Source: Octopus sinensis
Taxonomy: Eukaryota
DNA length: 64,000 nt
Assembly (NCBI RefSeq): GCF_006345805.1
Contig: NC_043013.1
Location: 21,700,001-21,764,000 of the forward strand
Direction: 5' to 3'
Numbering within the stretch: position 1 is the stretch's first letter; each line of letters opens with the position of its first letter. Positions 52,195 to 64,000 of this stretch are shown one piece after another. The notes beneath the pieces were generated by a model. It was not told the origin of the DNA, did not search any database, and saw only the letters and a program-made list of their open reading frames with translations. A program made the translations under genes and the position numbers.

Positions 52195-53460
52195 ATGTTC
52201 ACAAATAGTTATGATGGTGCCACTGTCATGAGCGGAGGAATCGCTGGTGTTCAAGCGAAATTGCTTGTCGCAGCCCCATCTGCAACTTGTGTCAGCTTCC
52301 ACCAACTGAACCTAGATGTAGATAACTTCTTAACAAAAATGTAAAGGCTATCGGGGAATTTCTAGTCATACAAAAGCAACTTTAACTGTTTATGGATCGA
52401 TTCAGACTGCCTCAGTACAACAAGTGCTTACAGGAAGAAAAACGAGGACAACCAGCAGAGAAGAAAATCTTCTCCTATACACGATGGGTCTGTCAGCAGG
52501 GACCGTGCTATGTTGTTCATTATGAGCTTTACTTCATTATGGATATCCTACCTCATTTCAGTGAGGTTATCAAGTCATGGGAGAGGCAAATTAAAGACAA
52601 GTGCTTCTATTACGATTGTCTATGAAAGTTTGCGCTTTCGTCTCCTCTAAACAAGTTTTAATACGAATCAAGTCTTTAGCAAAAATATTACAAATCTTCA
52701 CTGCTGTGACTACAGTAACGGGAATGATATCCAGTTAAACATCTTCATGTCAAACGAAAAGAAAGTTTTGTAGCCTCCGATTAAGTAACACATCAGTGAA
52801 GTTATTAAGATCAACCCACTGACTCGGTAGATACCTAATCTACGGGGAAAATCTCCACAGCAGGCGTGTCTCATCGGTCAGTGAGAATGTTTAAAGTCGG
52901 CTGAAAATTAATAGAGCACCTTTCATCAATTTACACCTTGAGACCGTCATCCCTATATTGAACCAGAGTTGCTTAGAGTTCCGACACCAATTTTCGGCAT
53001 AAAATGGTGATATCATGATAAACCTCTCTTATCTCAATCCGTAAATGCTCCAGTTTCTGAACATTGTTTGTCTCAAATTCATAGCAGATACATTTCAACT
53101 AAATTTAGAGGCCCTGGTGTGGTCTGAATGCCACTCTGCAAAGCGACGCATCGGGTGGAAGTGACACATCTTGATCAATTTCACCTATTTACTTGAGATT
53201 TTGAATCTCTCTACGGATTCCTCGATTGAACTGATCGAACTGCTGCAAGAAGACGTAACACTGCCTGTAAGCACACGGCAGTCTATGAATGAATACTTTC
53301 TCAATCTGTAGAGGATAAAGTCTTATCAGGCGAGATCCGTGGTAGACAATAAACCGGACAATTTATGCCCAAGTATAATGAATAAATGGTGTGATGAAAA
53401 TCTGAATTTTAAAGACATCTTCCTTCGTTTTGCGACACAACAACGAAAAGAGAATCACTT
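52195..53460 (+). mobile_element. Degenerate hAT transposase remnant
   Basis: SYDGATVMSGGIAGVQAKL (YDGAxxMSG motif) and TLPVST...RIKSY...ENLNFKDIFLRFA (hAT dimerisation region). Confidence 0.65.
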
Positions 53461-54413
53461 TCGAGGAGTTCGTATTTTCATGACTTATATTAGACGGTGC
53501 CAACGTTTTATTTATTTGTGATTTTCAATCATTTTGAGAAGTTGACTTCAAATTTCATATATTAAATCAAAACTCAAATTATTAGTTATCTAAAATTGTT
53601 GGCCGTGCTTTTTAAAAGCTAATGCTGACTGGGCTACAACACAGCGATTGGGTCTCCACTGCTCCAGAACTTTAATCGCCTGAAATGCAATCCCTGATCC
53701 AATTTTCCCAACAGATGTCAACACACAAATCTTCAAACTAAGCATTAACCGTATCGATCTCACCAATCCATAAAGACTTGCAAACGCATTGTCCACCGCC
53801 ACCTCTCCTTTTCAATAAACTATAAACAAAGAATCCAATATTAATCTAAAACTAAACAAATGAAAACAAAAGGAACATTTTACGACATGTATGGTCAGCA
53901 TTGCAATTTATGTTTTTCACAGCAAAAAACTATTTTAACTTTTCGATAACCTGAAAGAAATCGTGGGGCTTCTGAGTTTACGATCAAATTTCTATTAGAT
54001 TTCGTTTTCCGTATAATTGATTTCGTATTTTGGTTTAACCTATTCTTCGTTTAACCTGTACTTATAAGTTGCTGAAACACAAAATTTCGTCCAAAGAGAA
54101 AAAGAAAAGATTCTTATTTTAATTTCGCTTTATAATCCTTAATAAAAGCAGTTTAGATCAGCCGGCTTAAATAGTTTCCGAGAGACCAGAGCTAAAACTC
54201 AAATTAGCAATCATGTTCTAAGAGAAGACTAATTTAGAACGAAAATCGTTAGCAATTAAAATTAATCAACAAAAGAAATAACTTAATTAAATTGATTTTG
54301 TTCACAAAGAAACACACATTTTATCTTATATAATTATTATTAGCAAACGTGATCCGTTGAAGATTTGCTCACAATTTATGGAGAAGTAATGTTTGGGTGA
54401 ATTCCATTAAAGT

Positions 54414-54604
54414 TCAGATCAGTTTCTTTAGTAGGCACTTAGTGTTAGTATATGAAAAGGCGGTACATGTAGAAGATATCAAACATAAACGGGAACAATC
54501 CAGAACCGAGTGAGCATACATTTGGGCCTTGGTAATAAGATTGTGATATGGATTTTGTTTGAAGGAATAATTTGAATAAGCTGTCAAATCATTAATTACT
54601 TTTT
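54414..54604 (-). CDS. PAN/apple-domain exon C, copy 3a
   Basis: Phase-1 acceptor ttttttttctattgcag|AA; (E)KVINDLTAYSNYSFKQNPYHNLITKAQMYAHSVLDCSRLCLISSTCTAFSYTNTKCLLKKLI*. Confidence 0.72.
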
Positions 54605-55174
54605 CTGCAATAGAAAAAAAAAGCAAGAGAAAGCACAAGAAATATAACAACATAAATGAAATTATTGCTCTTCATTGAAAGGTACAAGGGAAACGAATGG
54701 ATATGGACTATTGATTCGATAGATCGATTTTATTAATGTTCCGTTTGGACATCTTTAGAGTAGTGCGAGTATGGAGTTAGATCCTGAGTGTTGTAAAATC
54801 TAGAAAGGAAGGATTGGGGATAATAATTGATGCGGGATGTGATCAGATTGGTGTAATAGCATGTATGACGGGAGAAGGGGCATGTGGCTGAGTATCTCGG
54901 GGAGAGGAATTATAAATTTACTGTAAATATATTTAACTAAGAATTAGGACTCTAAGTAGAAGAAATAATGCGATGAAGAAGAGAGCGACATTAATTTCTC
55001 TTATTTTTTCGACAAGAAATGGAGACAGAAGATCAATGAATTAAAAATGAGAAACAAGAAAAAGGAAAAAGGACACAAAAAAATAAGCAAAATAGGTTAG
55101 CAAACGTGATCCGTTGAAGTCTTGCTCACAATTCATGGACAAGTAAGTAATTTTGGGGTGAATTCAATTAAAGT

Positions 55175-55365
55175 TCAGCTCAGTTTCTTTAGTAGGCACT
55201 TAGTGTTAGTATATGAAAAGGCAGTACATGTAGAAGATATCATACATAAACGGGAACAATCCAGAACCGAGTGAGCATCCATTTGGGCCTCTGTTATAAG
55301 GTAGAGATTTGGATTTTGTTTGAAGGAAAATGTTGAATAAGCTGTCAAATCATTAGTTTCTTTTT
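55175..55365 (-). CDS. PAN/apple-domain exon C, copy 3b
   Basis: Phase-1 acceptor; (E)KETNDLTAYSTFSFKQNPNLYLITEAQMDAHSVLDCSRLCMISSTCTAFSYTNTKCLLKKLS*. Confidence 0.72.
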
Positions 55366-57261
55366 CTGCAATAGAAAAAAAAATGGAAAGAGGAAACACA
55401 ATAAATATAAGAGCATAAATTAAATTATTGCTCTAATCTGACAAAGTACAAAGGAAACGAATAGATAGGGCCTATTGATTCGATAGATCGATTGTATTCA
55501 TGTTCCGTTTAGACATCTTTAGGTTAGTGTGAGTAGGGAGTGAGTACCTGAATGTTGTATAATCTAGAAAGGAAGGACTGGGATTAATAATTGATGCGGG
55601 ATGTGATCTGGTTGCTGTAATAGCATGTATGACGGGAGAATGAGAAGGGGTATGTTGATGGGTATCTCGGAGGGAGAATGGTTCTCGTATTACCGGCGAG
55701 ATGTATTGAGGTATTTCTTTGCAGATTAGTAAGGAAGCGTGTTGAGAATTTTAATGACAACGGAGATTAATATTAATCCATCTGCCAGATTTTAAATGTA
55801 TTTGTTGGTTGTTTTACAACATCCTTTTGAATGAATATTAATCATTAATTTACTGTTAATATATTTAATTAAGAATTAAGTTTCTAAGTAGAAATACTCA
55901 TTTGATGTAGGAGAATGCGATATTTATTTATTTTTTTAATTTTTGTGGCAAGAACTAGAGATCAATGAATGTGGCAAGAACTAGAGATCAAGTTAATAAA
56001 GATTAGAAATCAGAAACAGAAACGAAAAACACAAAAAAATGAACAAAAAGAGGGTCTTACTGTCAAGGAAATAATAAGAGTCGAAAAATATTATACCACA
56101 TCCCACAGAGTTAATCTTGTCCAGTGTATTTGACTGTTTGAAATCGTTCCAAAGTTCTGAAATGGAATAAAAATTGTTTCTTATTCTTCTGATGGTCTTA
56201 ATATCTTTCGTGATTTCTTTAATATTAATCAAGAAATCCTAATCTCCTTAATACAATCGACTTCCCTATTTATATAAGACGATTTTATACAAGAAATCAT
56301 TACTTCTTTAATATATGTTGAGTTTTATTTACTCTCAGTTATTTCTAGTAATAACACAAGGCCTCAGATATGAAGGGACAGACGTTTATAAAGATCCTAG
56401 ATACTTTCGAAATGTACTTCAAACATGTCTTTATATGTATAACAGTATAATTGTAAATGGAAAGGCGTTACAGGCACGATGTAGCAAGTTGTTTGTAACA
56501 CATAGAGATGTGACAAGTTGGCGAAAGACTGTGCATTGTTTAGATAACACTTCTGGATGCACTGCAAAGAACTACTGAAAGGTATTTCACACTTACTGTA
56601 GATTTTACTTACGCGGTTCTGCAACTGCGACGAGTGGGAAGTAGACACAAAATTTAGTTAGTTTTGATGGATAATCTATTACCATGGTAGTTGTTAATAG
56701 TGAACCCTAACTTGAGGGGGATAAATGGGGCAAAGCTCGCGGGAATGTGCCATAGTTAACTGTTTGGAAGTTGCAGAGGAAAGATAATATTTTTCTCTTG
56801 GTATCTCGAATTTATTGCAGTGCTAAAGGGAAGTCAGACCATTGACAATAGAACGAAATGGGTTAACAAGATTAAACCCTGTCTCATCTAAAATGGTGGC
56901 GAAGTAAATAGGTAAAACGAATGAAATATAAACACAAATGGCGAGAACAATATAAACAAGCGTGAAGACCGAGGTTTTGATTCTTGGTAAGGAGTCCGGT
57001 GTATATGTCTTACAAATATAATTAGTCCGCATTAGAGTAGGAAAAAATGATTTTTTTTCTGGAACAGCTCAGAGAAGCGTGTAGAATCGATCGGAATTAA
57101 TTTTAATATGTTGTCTGCAATGCTAAAGCGGCGGACTAGCCGAATCGTTAGCACGCCGGACGAAATGCTTTTCGTATTGTCTATTTATATTTGTGAAGAG
57201 GTTCGTTAGTCCTTCTAAAATATCAAAATCAATAATAATGATAACAATAATAATAATGGTG

Positions 57262-57329
<68 letters not shown>

Positions 57330-58739
57330 GAGCGCTAGCCTTGACAGCGGCTGCACTGACCAGTCAGTAGCCGAAGACACACAAACACTAACACAACCCG
57401 GCAGAACAACTGAAATATAACTTTTGGTAATTGGAACATCTACCATCTCCTGTGAGTATTTTAAAATCTCACCACCACCCCATAAGGCTAGAAACTTACA
57501 TATCTTTAATTTTCTCTGGGCGAACACACAAACGATCATCTTTAAAATCTTTAAAAAATCTTTAAAAATATTTAGAACTTCTGTGAATACTATCTCTCTC
57601 CTTTATCCCTGAATATTCAAAAATATAAACACCCTTTTTATTGCAAGAACGCTACAGTTTTCTCTGGCCGGACATACAAACGATCATCTTGAGAAAATTT
57701 AAAACTTTAATATCTACAATTTTCTATGAAAATTTTACCCTTCTTTTCACCCTGACTACTCAGTTATGTAAACGTACCTTTTATAGCAACAAATTAAACG
57801 AATGAAAAAAATTAAGGAGATAAGCACCTGCCAATATATACAAACTGCACAATTACCAAAACTATAAAACACAGAAAAACCTACAGAAAGCAAAGGAAAA
57901 TTCAAAAATATCCACCCCACCAGCAAGCTACTCCTCTTTCTCCTACTATCGCCTCCAGCCCTCACATATTTATGATGATATCATGTACAAGACAAAAGTC
58001 GAAACTAAACAACATTTGATAATTCCACACAGTAGTAGGAGCAAAGATGGCATCTCAAGACGGTTACAATACCAGTGATTGTAGGAGCACTTGAACTGAA
58101 GATTTTTTAAGAATGATCCCTAGATTACCATTCATGTTGGAAATCAACAGATTGTATTAACCGACATGTCACACGTATTGAGAAGAGCAGAGTCGATGTG
58201 AATTTTCTTTCCTGTTTTTGCCCCTTATTTTCTTTGTTTACTTTTATATTTTACATCTTTTCCTTTTTCTCTGTTTTTCTTCTCCTTTTTTCCGTCACAT
58301 GATTTTATAACCGAACAATATGGTGTGACTATTTTACAGGCCTACAAATATATACAGTGCAAAATATAACGTGTCTTCAATGGCAGAACAATGCAGAGTG
58401 GACTATAATAACTGTTATAAATTAATTACTCATAGTCTGATATAATAATATTTCGGAATATAAAAATTCCTTCTTCAGATATTGCTAGGAATTGATCGAG
58501 TTACTGCTGTAATCGGTTTTTCCCAACGGTTACTGGATTAATTTTTCGGAATCGTCTCTGCAGTGGCCTTACGAAGCCCCTGCTGGAATTCCTCATGAGA
58601 AGTGCGTGAGGGCGGCCCTGCCTCGAGCTCGGGTGTATCGGCATATCTGCAGCGCTGCTTCTAAGTTATGTATTGTACGTGTAGTTTTTTTTATAATACC
58701 TGAGCATGTTACCAGAAATGAACTTACACACATCCCGAC

Positions 58740-59160
58740 GTTACTGGCTGAAAATATGCAGCATGTTGTTAATTTGGGGTTCTAGTCTGTCTATGAGGAA
58801 GATATCTTCATAGACAGACTAGAGCCCTAGTATGTCAGACGACTGAGGTTGGTGTTGCGCTCAAAATTGACTGGATAGAATAAAATCCAAGCAGTCGATA
58901 CGTGAGCGATAGCATCACTTCGGTATGGAGTGGGAATTATAAAATGGCAAAGGAGAGAAATGAAGAATACCAAGACCAGAAAAATTTTGACAGTGCACAG
59001 AGCTTTCCCTCCTAAGAGTGATACTTGTCCCGAAGAAAGTGTGGGAGTGGCTTCATCAATTTCCAGTTGCCAGTACTGTAGCGAACAGAGAAAAACAGCC
59101 CAGAGTGGAATATACAAAAACAAAATGAAACACACAAAGGCAGGGATCATCGACACTGAA
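58740..59160 (+). mobile_element. R4/Dong-like LINE fragment (paralog of 4630-5070)
   Basis: Collinear with copy 1. Confidence 0.75.
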
Positions 59161-59699
59161 AATTGTTACATCAGTAAATATAAAATTGCTTTCCAAATGA
59201 CTTCCTTTGCAGTCAACATCATCACTGTTGAGGGATTGAGGCAGTCCCTTAAAGGTGATGAATTCCCTTTCTCTAGGAAAGTCTGGTACCAAATCGTTTC
59301 ACTCCACAACTCCTCAATAAAGAATCCCGGTTGCTGCTGGGTTTTGATGATAATTTAAAGAGACAGGGTCGTAAAGGTAATAGCGTCTCCCCAGGCATAT
59401 AATCTGACTTGGTTCTTGGACTTCAAGACAGGTTCTATTAAAAGAATTGGCCTGTCCGCAGTTTGAAGCATACTTTTGTGTCTGTACACACTTCGCTGTT
59501 TCAAATTGTCTTTCAACGCAAGAAGCGAATGGAGAAAATTCCTGCCATCTGAATGCAATAAACATACAGTCGGTAAGAAAGCGACAAGAGTTTTTGAGAT
59601 GAGTGAGTTCCCGGTGATTGCAAATGTGTGGTTGAGTTCGTGGGACTGTCGATGCATACACTCAATCGTGTGCATCTATTCACCTAAGAATCACAGATG

Positions 59700-60360
59700 G
59701 AATAGTTTGGGAATGTTTTACACATCTTCACTGTGCCACTAAAACATTGGAATTTGACAATCCGCGTCAGTTTTTCTTTAGCTCTTTCTCTGTGAAACCG
59801 AGTATTTATAGGTTTTTCTGCAAATGTGCAAAATTGTTGGTACATAATCTAATGCACTTCTGATGAAAGGTGCAAACGAGACTTTATGGTCAGGGTACAA
59901 GAACTGTAAGTTTGCCATAAATGTTCTATTTTCCTAAGACTTTTGATTGCACATTCACATCCTCTGGGCAGCTGACCCTTACAACAATGCATGAATTTTT
60001 CCCCTGTACCACAGAACAATATCAGGTCTGCTATATTTGTACCGAATTGATGTTTGTTTTTGCGGGGAGTTCCACCAGTATTCCTTGCTTTCAAAAGGTC
60101 TGATTACTTGCTGGTTCTAACATGGCTTCGATGTATACGTCCGAGCAGTCCTTCCTATGGGTAGCATCGTAAATAGTCTTTGCAACTATATCATGCCTCA
60201 GGGGCAGGTAGAATCTCGTAGGCATTTTGTCGCAACTACTGATGATGTGGGTGACATCTTCCACACTGGTATAGCAGAGCCAACATTTTCCATCGCAGCA
60301 CGGAGGTTTGGTGCTATCTTTGTCCCTTTTATTCATCGATTATTTAGTAGTTATCTGTAC
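59700..60360 (-). mobile_element. RLE-type LINE fragment (paralog of 24780-25480)
   Basis: CCDGKCWLCYTSVEDVTHIISSC...RHDIVAKTIY. Confidence 0.75.
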
Positions 60361-60493
60361 GTATGAGTGTGTGCGTGCATGTATGTATGCATGTATGCGT
60401 GCATCTATATATGTATGCGAGTATGTATGCATTTATGTATGTATGTATGTATGTATGTATGTATGTATGTATGTATGTATGTATGTATGTATG

Positions 60494-60531
<38 letters not shown>

Positions 60532-60719
60532 ATTTGGTATTGAGTCCGTACCTTTATATGACATTGGACTTAGCCAATGATAGAGCCAAGTAAATCAAAG
60601 TCCTGGCCTCAATATAACAGTCTAACACATTTTGGAAGGTGGTGATTTAGTCTTGTCTAACTGCCTGTGTATAATTCCAACAAAATAAATAAATAAAAAC
60701 AAGAAAATGACGCCCTTAC

Positions 60720-60950
60720 CTCTGTTTATTTCGGTGTAAATGTAATTTTTGTAAAAATACAATTCAGCAGTTCTATGACCTATAGTTGACAAGTAGCATC
60801 TTTTGTAATTATAGCTATAGTCAAACGATTGGCAATTTGGCATTGCTTCGCAATGAAGCAGACATTGCGTGTAACTGTAGTCATTAAATCTACCCAAATC
60901 ATTCTCTGAAGGTATACCAGCAAGGTCAATAAAATCAAAAGGACATCTTC
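60720..60950 (-). CDS. PAN/apple-domain exon A, copy 3 (phase 1-1)
   Basis: Same splice sites; 231 nt open. (G)RCPFDFIDLAGIPSENDLGRFNDYSYTQCLLHCEAMPNCQSFDYSYNYKRCYLSTIGHRTAELYFYKNYIYTEINR(G). Confidence 0.85.
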
Positions 60951-61148
60951 CTGTAAGAAGAAGAAAATAAATAAATCACTGTTGTGTTTGTAGTTTTTCG
61001 TAATGTTGGTGGAACTGTTTCACGTTGTATAGTTTTATTATTTTTGAATAATGAGAAATAATAGATATATTTTCTACTCTTTAATAAATATCAATATTGT
61101 GATAATATTGTGATGATAAAAGTGAGGATAATAATAATAATAATAATG

Positions 61149-61194
<46 letters not shown>

Positions 61195-61209
61195 TAACAA
61201 TAATAATAA

Positions 61210-62840
61210 TGACAAACAGCTGGAAACACTATTAAAGACAGTTCATGGATTTACCAAAGAAATAGATATGAAATTTGGATTAGAAAAATGCGCCAAAGTA
61301 ACCATGAAAAGAGGAAAACTAGTTAAGAGTAACAACATCACACTAGATAAAACCAATGAAATAAAAGAATTAGACCAAAGCCAAACTTACAAATACTTAG
61401 GAATCCATGAACTAGATAAGACACAACACACACAAATGAAAGAGAAAATAAAAAAAGAATATTATAGACGAGTTAGATCAATACTAAAAACAGAGCTCAA
61501 TGCTAAAAACAAGATAATAGGTATCAACACTTTAGCTGTCCCAGTTATAAGTTACAGCTACAATATCCTTAACTGGACACGAAATGAACTGTCCAAAATA
61601 GATAGGAAAACAAGAAAAATACTGACAGGATCTAGGATGCATCACCCAAAATCTGACATAGAAAGACTATATATACAACGTATAGAAGGTGGTAGAGGCC
61701 TTATACAGCTGGAAAACTACTATAAAATAACCACCATAGGACTGCAAAAATACCTACTTCAGAAGGAAGGAAAACTGATCCAGATAGCAGCAAAACACGA
61801 GCAAAACAAAAAACTGTTCTCAGTATTTAAGGAAGCTGACAAATACAAACAAGAAATCATACCACCTAATAAACACGAAGAAGAAGAAGGAGATGATGAA
61901 GAAACAACAAAAGCTATAAAACAAATGAAATCCAAACTAAAAATAGAACAGCAACGGACCATGATAAAACGATGGCAAGAAAAGCCCCTTCATGGTAAAT
62001 ACTGCACTAAACTAAACGCAAAAGAAATAGACAAAGAAAAATCCCAACAATGGTTGAGAAGCTCAGGACTCAAAGCAGAAACAGAGGGATTTTTAATTGC
62101 AGCACAAGACCAAAGCCTCCCCACCAGAAATTACCAAAAACATGTAATGAAAAGAAATATTACAAGTAACTGCAGAATATGTGGAGATGGACAAGAAACA
62201 ATAAATCATATTATCTCTAGCTGCCCAGTCCTGGCTAAGAAGGAATATATTCACAGACATGACAGAGTTGGAACCTACATACACTGGAAGCTATGCCAAC
62301 ATTATGGAATAACAACAGTAAAAAAGATGGTATAGGCACACACCAGAAAAGGTCACAGAAAACGAGAAAGCAACCATACTCTGGGATATGCCGATACACA
62401 CAGATAGAGAAATTAAAGCCAACAGACCAGATATAGTTGTCAGAGATCATGAAGAAAAAAAAAATGCTTTCTAATTGATGTATCAATACCGGCAGATGAC
62501 AACGTGTCTCTAAAAGAAATGGAGAAACTCTCAAAATACAAAGACCTGGAAATAGAGGTAACTAGAATGTGGAATCTGAAAACGGAAACAATTCCTATCA
62601 TAGTAGGTGCATTAGGCATGATAAAAAAATATTCAGACAAATACATAACAAAAACACCAGGACTTACAAACACATATAACATACAGAAAATTGCACTACT
62701 AGGCACTGCACACATCCTACGCAGAACACTTTCCATACAATAACCATCAGAGCATCACAACAAATCACAGCACATACCCAAGGCATACAGAGCTGCGCTC
62801 GGTAGTGAAGTGAAAGCACGCTATAAAAATAAAACTACTG
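61210..62840 (+). mobile_element. 5'-truncated R4/Dong-like LINE (RT thumb, zinc knuckle, RLE)
   Basis: ORF 61268-62335 (MKFGLEKCAK...YKYLGI...RLYIQRIEGGRGL...CRICGDGQETINHIISSC...RHD), then RPDIVV and KEMEKLSKYKDL in shifted frames; (TAA)n on both sides. Confidence 0.92.
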
Positions 62841-63049
62841 AATAATAATAATGATAATAATAATAGTAATAAATTATTTTATTAGCCATGATCGCTCACA
62901 TAAAATAACATTGAATGACATGCAACAACATAACAGACAAAAACGGGACGACACAATGGGTTTTACGGCGTGTAAACAATAAATAACATGTAAATCAAAC
63001 AAATAAAAAACTTCCAATAGGGGAGGCGCTTTAAGATCCTCGTGGAAAA

Positions 63050-64000
63050 CCCCACAAAAGCCACGGGTGCCTGATCAATAGGGCAAGAGCCCTTCTTTAA
63101 TTCCCTTTTATTGTTTACAGGTGCGCGCTCAGAATTGGTATTTTTGCACTGGACATTCTTCCAACATTCACCCTCCTTTCAACACAATTACTACAAGGCA
63201 ACACTTCCCTCTCCACCCCCAACTTCCATTTCAAATGAAACTTGAAAGAGTTGGTGAGGGCTTGGCCAAAGAGGAAAGTCTCTGACTTTAGCCCTTTCAG
63301 ACGAGTCCACCATACTACCGATTTCGCTACAGCCACTAAAATAAAAATTGCCTGCTCCTCCCAGCCAAAGGAGGGTGGTGGTGTAATCCTCACTATGGAT
63401 TCAGCTGATAGCGGATCCGTCCAACACGGGACAGCAGGTGTTCGACATAAACCCACAGAGGTCAGCAATATTCGGTCACTGGATGAGGGCGTGTAGAAAG
63501 GTTTCATCATTCTGGGCACACTTCGAGCAGGCCTGGCTGACGGCACTTCCGTACCTGTAAAGTTTATCTCAAACAGTCAACGCCCCTCGGTGGCACTGCC
63601 AGGCAAGGGACTTCTCGAACTTATTCATAGGCCTAGGCCAGAAAGTTCTCCGAAACAGACTATTTCGTTGATCTTCATCGATGCCTAGAGTTTCCCCGAG
63701 AACGTCGTCGCGATATCCTTCCACTAGCCCTCTATAGAAGGCTAGAGTGAAACTACACTGACCTCATTGTTCACCTGGCGGAGGGCGTAGACAAGCACCC
63801 CCTCTTCGGTCTACGCATAATCCAGGTTTGCAGCTCAGTCAAAGGGACGGTCTGTGAAAAAATGTACCTGACAAGCAGTGACCAGACCTGCTCACCGTCA
63901 AGGAAACGCTGGTGATGCCGCAAACTCAATGAATGTCTGCGAATTAGTAACCACGGCATGCCAAGCCCTCCATTCAGTGACTGTTGACAGTAGATGGAGC
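63050..64000 (-). mobile_element. Tx1/L1-clade LINE ORF2 3' region (continues beyond window)
   Basis: SLAWQCHRGALTVRDKLYRYG...ACSKCAQNDETFLHALIQ (CCHC-type) and VAKSVVWWTRLKG; frameshifted. Confidence 0.7.

Larger units (their letters stand above)
48618..61200. repeat. Segmental duplication copy 3 of the exon A-C block (with a ~4.8-kb insert at 49050-53875)
   Basis: See copy 1; carries blocks that are absent from either copy 1 or copy 2. Confidence 0.9.

Noticed and set aside
53590-53802. 70-aa minus-strand ORF MAVDNAFASLYG...
   Set aside because: No recognisable domain, no paralog in the other blocks and no convincing donor site.
54605-54653. Apparent signal peptide MLLYFLCFLLLFFSIA in ORF 54414-54653
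   Set aside because: It is the polypyrimidine tract and AG acceptor of exon C. The paralogs conserve the splice signal, not the peptide or start codon.
56315-56578. + strand ORF MLSFIYSQLFLVITQGLRYEG...
   Set aside because: The paralogous frames in blocks 1 and 2 have an in-frame TAA (AAG GCG/GCT TAA), so it is not conserved.

Overview
AT-rich, microsatellite-dense animal genomic DNA. It is most likely Octopus or another coleoid cephalopod, inferred from the tRNA-derived SINE families and the (TA)n/(TAA)n/(TATG)n load. Most of the window is transposon debris: R4/Dong-like and Tx1/L1-like LINEs, Penelope elements, Gypsy, mariner, hAT, a pogo-type MITE, Helitron ends and SINEs. On the minus strand is a tandemly triplicated cluster of exons, each encoding one PAN/apple domain and all joined by phase-1 introns: one single-copy exon D (37998-38255), three copies of exon A (6360-6596, 25941-26171, 60720-60950) and four copies of a stop-containing exon C (1430-1647 pseudogenised, 23096-23292, 54414-54604, 55175-55365). 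The main result is that the exon A copies differ almost only by amino-acid-changing substitutions. By manual codon count, A1 vs A3 has about 26 non-synonymous codons vs 2 synonymous-only, and A2 vs A3 has about 35 vs 2. They are about 3x more divergent than their own flanking intron, while exon C stays conserved, giving a variable+constant PAN protein family under apparent diversifying selection. A second system is a 364-bp tandem/inverted repeat array (31158-32163) carrying three minimal hammerhead-ribozyme motifs with a compensated U3-A8 core, i.e. a retrozyme/Penelope-pLTR-like candidate circRNA generator. Several further hammerhead motifs lie in Penelope termini. Splice models, selection and ribozyme activity were inferred by eye and need computation or experiment.
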